DNA of 64,000 bases from positions 434,001 through 498,000 of the forward strand of contig JAYWIR010000055.1 of the NCBI GenBank assembly GCA_036172245.1. Reading direction: 5' to 3'. The notes under the pieces were generated by a model. The model worked only from the letters and a program-made list of their open reading frames with translations, ran no database searches and was not told the origin of the DNA. Below are positions 57,112-64,000 of the stretch, piece after piece (position 1 is the first letter of the stretch; each line of letters starts with the position of its first letter). This stretch comes from Raillietiella orientalis. Taxonomy: Eukaryota. Made by a program: the position numbers and the translations under genes.

Positions 57112-60100
57112 ATACAATCGTTCGGTATTTAACCTTTAAAATAGGTATTTCACAATTTCAAGTGCGGCCTCTGTTTTCTGTGTGGACTAAAAACCCAGTC
57201 AGCCCGGAAGAAGTGCCTGTCCGTCCCCAAGAAGGGAGGCAGTCACCCCCAGTCGAAAATGACCCCGACCACCACTACCGCCCGCACTCCCTTCCTCAGG
57301 AAAGCCAAGAGTGGGGGGCGCATCCCGGCGCTAACAGATGGGGAGCCACCTCCCCACGGAAGCCGAGAGCAGCGTGCCCGTGCATCGCCTTCTCCCATCA
57401 CCCAACTCAGAGGGAGACCCTCATGGGTGATCCCCCGTGACGGCCCTTTCGGTTCCCTCCTCTCTGGACGAGACCGCCGGCGAAAAAAGCCAAGGCGCTG
57501 CTGGGTGGATCTCCTCCCCCCTCCCCCCCGAAGTAGCAGCGTAGAAGACAAAAAGGCGTGAATCTCTGGGGAGCCTTCGAGACCACCCCAAAGGGAGGCA
57601 TCGGACCGACCCCCACCAGCCAACGGGTTCATGGGAGCACCCGGAAAAAAACCTTCCTGCTCCGAAGAGCGCGTAACCACAGGAACGGGAGCTCCCCTGC
57701 CCCACCACCCCTGATGGTCCGAAGAGCGACACTCCCGTCCCTATCGGAGGACCAGGTTCCTCCTCCAGGTCCAGCTCCAGGAGAAGACAGAAGTCGGAAA
57801 TCACTTCATCTTGGACGTGACAGATGCCCTCGCCGCGATCAAAGTCGACGGTTGGTCAGCGCGGAAGGGGCAATAGGGAAGGAATGTCTGGGTGGACACA
57901 ACCCAGGAGCCCGGGGCGCCCCAAAGGCGGGAACGAAGGAACCGCGCTCCTGCGGTCCTAGTCTGCGATCCCTCAGTCCCATTCGCTCGGGAGATCCCAT
58001 GAAGTGTCCCGCAGGTCGTCGGGACGCGCAGCCCGAAGGCGCGAATGCCTGTCACGGGCTAGCTGACAGTAGGTCAGCGTTTCCAGAGGAGGGTCGGGGG
58101 CACGGCGAACACTCGGGAGGCTCCCTGTCCCGAGGGGGCATGCCGTAACACGGTGGCTGCCTTTCCGGGAAGAGATCCCCAGCAGCGTGCGGCTGGAGCG
58201 AGGTTTCCAATGGCGACCGCTTTGCGATCGTCGAGGACTCCGGGGATGGGCGAGTTGGACGGGGGAGCCGGGGCGCACGTCTGGCGGCGGCGCGTAGCAA
58301 CGGAACCCGGCGGTCTTTGCTGGAGGAGAAGAAGAGGGTCCTTGGAGCTCCAGGGATCCGACGACCACGGGAGAGCGCCCGAACAGCCCGGATCGAAAAG
58401 CAGGGAGGTGAGTTGGAATGCTGGGACGGAGCAGCTCCGGAGCGCAGGGAAGGCCCGAGAAGGGAGCTCCTGAGGTGTCCCTCTCGGTGCGGCCCCGCGA
58501 CCTGTCTTCCATCTTCGGTGGGAGGTGGTCGTCCAGCGCGCCACGCGCTTCGGGCTGGTGGCTGCCCCGTCCGAAAAGACGAGATGGCGCTCGCGCGGCG
58601 GCTTCGTGGGCTGAGCCCGAGGCAGGGACAGCCGCCTCGGTTGCGAGTGACCTCGCCGGCTGCGCCCCGCATGCCCTCGGAGAAAGCAGTCGCCCACGGG
58701 CCTTTGGTTGAAGGGGCAGGGCCAGCACGAAGCGGGTGGACGCCGTCCTTGGAGCGGAGGCGATTGCCCCTTTCCGCCGCAGCGGGCAGGGCGAGGCGGA
58801 GTGGGGCCGCCCTCCGGCAAGCGTCGACACCGGCACCTTCGCTGCAGAAGAGGGAGAGCTCGTCCGGCGCGGTTCCTCCGGTGGACCCTAGACGGGACAA
58901 AAGTCGCGCGTTTGCTTCTCGGTCGCCAGGGACAACTCCTGCCCTCTCCCTCACTCTTCCACCCGCTGGATGTAGTCCCAGGAGGAAATCCGAAAGAGGT
59001 CCTGTGTCGCTCGAGGAGGAAGCGGGCGGACAGAGCGTCGCGGTTAGGGGAGCAGAGTGGACGAGAGGGTAGCTAGCTCACTTCCTCTTCCTCGTAGTGG
59101 AGCCGGCGCTCCAGAGGGAGCCAGGCTTGGACCCTCGGAGCCCTTCTGAGAACCCAAGGAGGTGTGGGGAGAACAGTCTGTGGCGACCTTCCTCGCAATC
59201 GCGAAAAGCCACGGTCGACTGGGGAGATGCAGTCTGCTCGGTCCGCACAATACGTAATCTTCAGGTCATGGAGGGCGAAGGATAAACGTGACGCTGCGAC
59301 GCGGCATCATTCATCTTCTCACCTCCCGGTAAAAGAAAGTCAGCACTTCAGCTGAGGAATTGTCCGCTCCCTTCTGGAGTGGCGGGACCAAGTCATCTCC
59401 CGGTCCAACGAACTGACTGCACAGGGGTGGTTGTTGCTGCCCACCTGGCGGCAGTGTCCCCTTCTGCAGCACCTTCCGGGAAGTCCCATCGGCTACACGC
59501 GACCCAGTAGAAGCAGAACACCCTCCGAATAGAAGGTTCCCCCTTCCTCTTTCAGGACGATGGCTGCTTCCAGAGGAGGCGCCCCCATCCTCTCTGTCTT
59601 GGCCAGCGGACAGCCAGATTTTTTCGAGCGGTACCCGGCGGGAGGCGCACGAACCTGTCCGCGGGCACCGGGTCTCAAGAATTGGCGGTGGGTCGTTCAT
59701 TCGATGCTCTGACAGCCTCGGTCGCCGAGTCGCAGAGTACCCCGCCCGACGTTTGCCCCGAGGGCAGATGAGGTGGGACCGCAGGCCGAGCGCGCGGGAA
59801 AAGGGCTGCCTCCCTTTCGCACTGCCGACCTTCGAAGAAGGAAGAAGAGGAGGCACGCGTTGCGCGGCGGCGCCTACGTCGTCGACCGGACGTGCTTTCG
59901 TGCAAATTACTCTTCCTTCGATCCCCGGGGCACAACCGACGAATTCGGAGAAGCAGCGTTGGGGGCCGCTGCACCCCCCGCCCCAGTTCCCTCTGCGTTC
60001 TCGGGCGCGGCTTCCTCAGGCGTGTCTCCCTGGCACAGGCAGGGCGGTTCGCGTACTCGTTCGGAACACCTACACGCGAGTCCCCAGCGGCGCTTCGAGT

Positions 60101-60129
60101 CAGACAAGGATCAAGGAACAGCACTTTAC

Positions 60130-60247
60130 CACATCCCTGTCAGGTACTTGTAGCTGACGTATCCTAGTAGCGTGACCGTGACCAGGACCAGTGCCAGCCA
60201 GGTCCACATGGACTCGCTGATGCTGCAGCAGCCGTCGAGGTGATCAT
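60130..60247 (-). CDS. Exon encoding a transmembrane/signal-anchor helix (MWTWLALVLVTVTLLGYVSYKYLTGM), probably an N-terminal exon of the PTP gene
   Basis: ctag acceptor at 60247, TG|gtaaag donor at 60130, ATG at 60209. Hydrophobic helix followed by YKY. Resembles my recollection of membrane-anchored N-termini of insect Ptp36E isoforms (MWxxxVxxxSxxGYxxYxFL). Confidence 0.6.
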
Positions 60248-63200
60248 CTAGAATGCCAACCACTGAGTTGAAGGACAACGTGGCGCGGATCTCCAACTCC
60301 AAAGCCAGCCCACGGGTCCGGGACGCCACCGAGCAGCGCGAAAATTCGCCGGAAGATGTCCCGCCACCGAGTTTCCGAGAGATGCGAGGAATGGGAGCAG
60401 CTCCCAGGGAGGTACCATTCCTTGGAGTAAGAGGACCAAGCGGTCCAGACTCCGTTTCGTTCCAGGAAGGGCAACCGAAATGCGCGCAGGTATTTGACCT
60501 CAACAGGTCCATCTCGGTAAGAGGGACGTGACGCGGAGCAGGGGCACGGTCTGCCTGGCAGCCTAGCAGACAGTCGCGCTCCCGAGGGGAAGAAACAGGG
60601 GAGAAGAGAAGAGGGGATGGAGGGGGGGGGGGGAGGGGAGGGAAGCAGACGACAGGGGTTCCTTCTCCCCTGCTTCCTGGAACGAATACGCTAATCCCCG
60701 GGCTCGAAGCAATGAGCACGTTCACGGAGGCCGGACCTCGCTTGGCACGCCAGCGGGGCGGGCAGGGCCGCAGGAGAGGGGCACGACGATGGCCGGACGA
60801 AGGGGGCAGCGAGGCAGTTGCGTCACGCGCCCCAGGCATCGCTCCGCAATCAGGGAAAAATCGTGCGGGATCCCCCCTGCGCCAACTTGAGAAACGGTCG
60901 GTCTCCACGGAACAACCTCGCCCTGCAGCTCGGCCAGCAGGCTTCTCACCACACGAGGTTTGAGGGGGCAGCGCATGGCCCGCCCAGCCTATGGTGGGAG
61001 GAAGGGGAAGGCTGGAGGAGCCGGAAGGAGAACACGGGGGGGGGGGGAAGAGGGTGCCAGGAGACAGATCTGCGCCTGTATAAACACCTGGCGTTTGCAC
61101 CGGTCCGTCGTCCCTGCTTGGCGCCGTAAGCAGCACGTGTGACCTTGCGCCATATTGTAGTGTAGCGTTCTTCCCAGTGAAACCTTGGCTCGTCCTAGGG
61201 TCCCCTTCTTCCCCTTCCCATGTTGCTTGGAAGGGCGAGGGGCACCGAGCACGGCGCGAGCCACTGCCCGAGACGGGAATATAAAGTTCAGCACTCACAA
61301 GTCGGGTCTTCCAGGTCCTCCAACGAAGCCCTCCTCCGCGGGACCCGCCCGCGCAACGGACAGTGGCGGATCCTCTTCCCGGAGGAGAGGCTGTCTCGAG
61401 TTCTGGGAGGCCTCCGCTCCAGCGCAGCTTCCAGGAGGAGTGACCTGGGTGTCGTCGTCACCCCCTTCCATGCGCCGCCGCAGGAAGGCTCCCCTGCTTG
61501 CCGCGGGAGGCGAATCGGGCTGGCAGATGGCGGTCCCCCTACCCACCCCCGGAGCTGCCAGATTGCGCGGGCGTTTCTTCCCCCCACCCCTTTGAGAGGG
61601 AATGCGCGCGCAGCCGCCCCACCTGCTGTTCCGTTGGAGCCCGCGACGGGCAGCTGGAGGCGATCCCGCTGGAGCTGGGCAGCGGCGACGTCCTTCCTCC
61701 GAGCGTGGGGCCCTTCGGGCTTGGCGATGTCGGCGTTCCGGCCCTTCGCCCTCCTGCTGTGCTTCTTCCTGTGGCCCATGCGGCCGCCCCTAGGAGGGCA
61801 CACGAGAAGGGGATAACGACGCTGGGTCGAGGACCTCCGGGTCGAGGACTAGCGTCCGCCCCCACACATCGCAAGTCCCTCGCACCAACCCAGACTTACC
61901 CTCCGCTGGTTCTGCCACGTGTCCTTGCCCCATCCACCCACCCCTGTATCCGGGGGTCGGAGGGCCCTCCCATCGGGGGCGGCTGACCCAGCGGGGCCCT
62001 CCCACTCCGATCCCAAGCCGCACCCCGAGCGCTGGCAGTCCGGCTGGCCCCCTCGACCCCGGACTTACGGTGGGACGCAGCTGCTGGTGCCGCCGCCGCC
62101 GCCGCCGCACCCTGGCGCCTTTGCGCCACCCATCCCGCTCCGGGAAGCCACCGCGCCCACGTTACCCCGCGGTTCCCAGCGGTGCGGGGCGTGTCCGACC
62201 GCTGCGGAGCGCCGGCGTCGACTCGACCCCCCCCCCTTCCGGTGTGGAGCAGCGACGCTCTCCCTCCGCCCACCTTCCGCCCGTAGGAAGAGCGGGGCCG
62301 CCGCCGCATGCATCCCGGAGGAACGCAGACTCCCCGAAAGGGGGATGAAGAGGAAGGAAGCGGGGATCCTCCCACGCGCTCCGCCGCCTCCGCTCGGGAC
62401 TTCCGCTTCCAGCAGGACTCGCGGGCGCCGGGCGCGAGCGGAGGGGGGGATGGGCAAAGAGAAGGTTGCCTGCACGGGGAAGACGAAAAAGAGACCACGC
62501 GCGCTCCCCCTCTCCCCCTCCGACCGTCGCCGGAAGACCACCCCTGGGCGCGAATCTCACAGCGGTGGCGGCCGGCACCGCCCCGCCTCGGAGCGGTGAC
62601 GTCACACGCAGTGCTGCTCCCCCGCAGCCGCCGTCGACAGCGCCTGCATCCGCCAACGCGGTGGAAGACGGGCGCCTGGCCGCCGCCCGCCTTCCACTGC
62701 GCGCCTGCTGGGAACGCGCCGACTCCCCTTGCAACCCACGGAGAGAAGAATGGGCGCTCCCACCAGCTCTCTTCGGGCAGCCAGCGGAGCAGTGCAGGCC
62801 CTCGAATGTCCAGCCCCCATCCCCACATGATACCCCTCGTTCCCTTTTTTTTCATTTCGACAGAGTCCACGTTCGCAGCTTCTGCATTCGCGAGCTCCTC
62901 TCAGAGCGAGTCGTCCTGGAAACGCCCCTCTCACGGCACGGGAACCCGAACCGTGCTTCTTCCCTTCCTCCTCCTCCTCCCTCTTTCTTTCCTCCTCTCT
63001 CTCCTGGCCGTTGGGTTCCGAAAGTGCAGGTGGAACAGCCGCACGTGACGTGGCGTGAGAGCCGGGTCGGTCCACCCCGGAAGGCCCTGCCTCCACGGGC
63101 GGAAAGTCGGACGACGAATCGGGTCAGCGATGCACCCCACAGTGGCAACGCGCCCATCTGGGGCGGGCCACAGAGTCGCTTTCCCCGCTCTTCCGCTCCC

Positions 63201-64000
63201 CCACAGAGGAAATTCAGCTCTTCGCCCCGAGGGCGTTTTCCGCAATGGGAAAGTCGAGTTCTCCCTCGCGAGAGAGTGCTCGCAGCTTCTTCCATGGAGC
63301 GCATCGTCAAGCGGGCGGCATCCCCCCCCCTCCCCTTCCGCCCTCCCCTTCCCAACTACACGAGCGGACCGGAGAGGCCTCGGTTGCCATGGAGCTGCGC
63401 CGATGGCCCAAAGTTGAGCAAGCTGACGACGTCGGCCAGCGTTGCTGCCAGCACGCGGGTGACCTTGAAAAGGGTTGACAGCATGGAGAGCATCAGCGGC
63501 AGCCCGCGCCCATCCATTGGTTCTCACGAGCCCGTGAGGGAAGGGGTGATGGCTGAAGAACGGACGGAAGAGCAGCTGTCCACCTCTTGCGGGGAGGGGG
63601 AGGGGAGGGCCTGAAACCGAAGCACCACCGTATCCCGGCAACAGAATGCGAGCATTGCTGAACGACGGAAAAGGAAAGCGGCGCACAGAAACGACCGCGT
63701 CCATCGAGGTCAGCTGAGTGCGAATCAACCGGAGAGGTCCTCTCCGACCCACCAATCAGCAGCGGCGCCACCTGCACAAAGAGGTCCTCCGCAGGCGGGC
63801 ACGGAACGTCCCTGCCGTCCCCGCATCCCAGCGAACGGGAACGGCGGCAGAACCCACCCGGAACACGTTCGTTCGGTCCGCCTCTCCTCTGCTCGTCCCT
63901 TTTTTCACCTTTCTCCCCTTTCCGGTCCCCTTCGCTCTTTCGGTTTCGGCGGCGGCCAACACCCTCCCCCCCCCCCCCTCCCTTTTCGCCGTTCCCCGGG

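Larger units (their letters stand above)
55956..57165. other. Nuclear insertion of Wolbachia-like (Rickettsiales) DNA (nuwt), mosaic and degenerate
   Basis: Sharply bounded AT-rich block inside GC-rich host sequence, containing intronless bacterial-type gene fragments (IS5 transposase, dnaJ) with disabling mutations. Confidence 0.85.

Noticed and set aside
56629..57117. Functional horizontally acquired J-protein, or live-symbiont contamination
   Set aside because: HPD is mutated to HAD, with a frameshift, truncation and many substitutions at conserved residues. This indicates a dead nuclear copy.
7953..63962. Hundreds of long overlapping ORFs (e.g. 17993-19159, 43663-44820, 57973-58836, 60126-61298, 62466-63614)
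   Set aside because: They are R/G/P/A/S-rich, open in several frames at once and have no domain motifs. This is expected from stop-codon scarcity in GC-rich intronic DNA. Only the embedded exon segments look real.
1..64000. CRISPR array, rRNA, or prokaryotic operon/defence system
   Set aside because: No regularly spaced repeats or rRNA signatures seen. The only bacterial-type DNA is the 1.2-kb degenerate insert.

Overview
This window is eukaryotic nuclear DNA, most likely an arthropod and possibly a chelicerate (inference); it is not a prokaryotic locus. The first ~6.4 kb is AT-rich and holds a compact 4-exon synaptogyrin gene on the minus strand plus DNA-transposon relics. The rest is GC-rich and is mostly occupied by one long minus-strand gene, a Ptp36E-like tandem-domain protein tyrosine phosphatase. 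It has 15 phase-consistent core exons at 7376-23174 and candidate alternative N-terminal exons at ~33.5 kb and ~60.2 kb, the latter encoding a transmembrane helix. Its introns contain many decayed RTE/LINE, hAT and SINE relics. Main highlights: (1) a ~1.2 kb AT-rich mosaic insertion of Wolbachia-like DNA at ~55956-57165 (IS5-family fragment, intergenic repeat, truncated ORF, frameshifted dnaJ); (2) several independent signs of strong, locally patchy AT-to-GC substitution pressure; (3) a near-identical 1.09 kb GC-rich repeat present twice, 20 kb apart; (4) a decayed copy of the phosphatase's own exon-intron-exon junction inside one of its introns. Most long ORFs in the supplied track are GC artefacts. 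Family assignments of decayed relics rest on motif recognition from memory and need BLAST/HMM confirmation.
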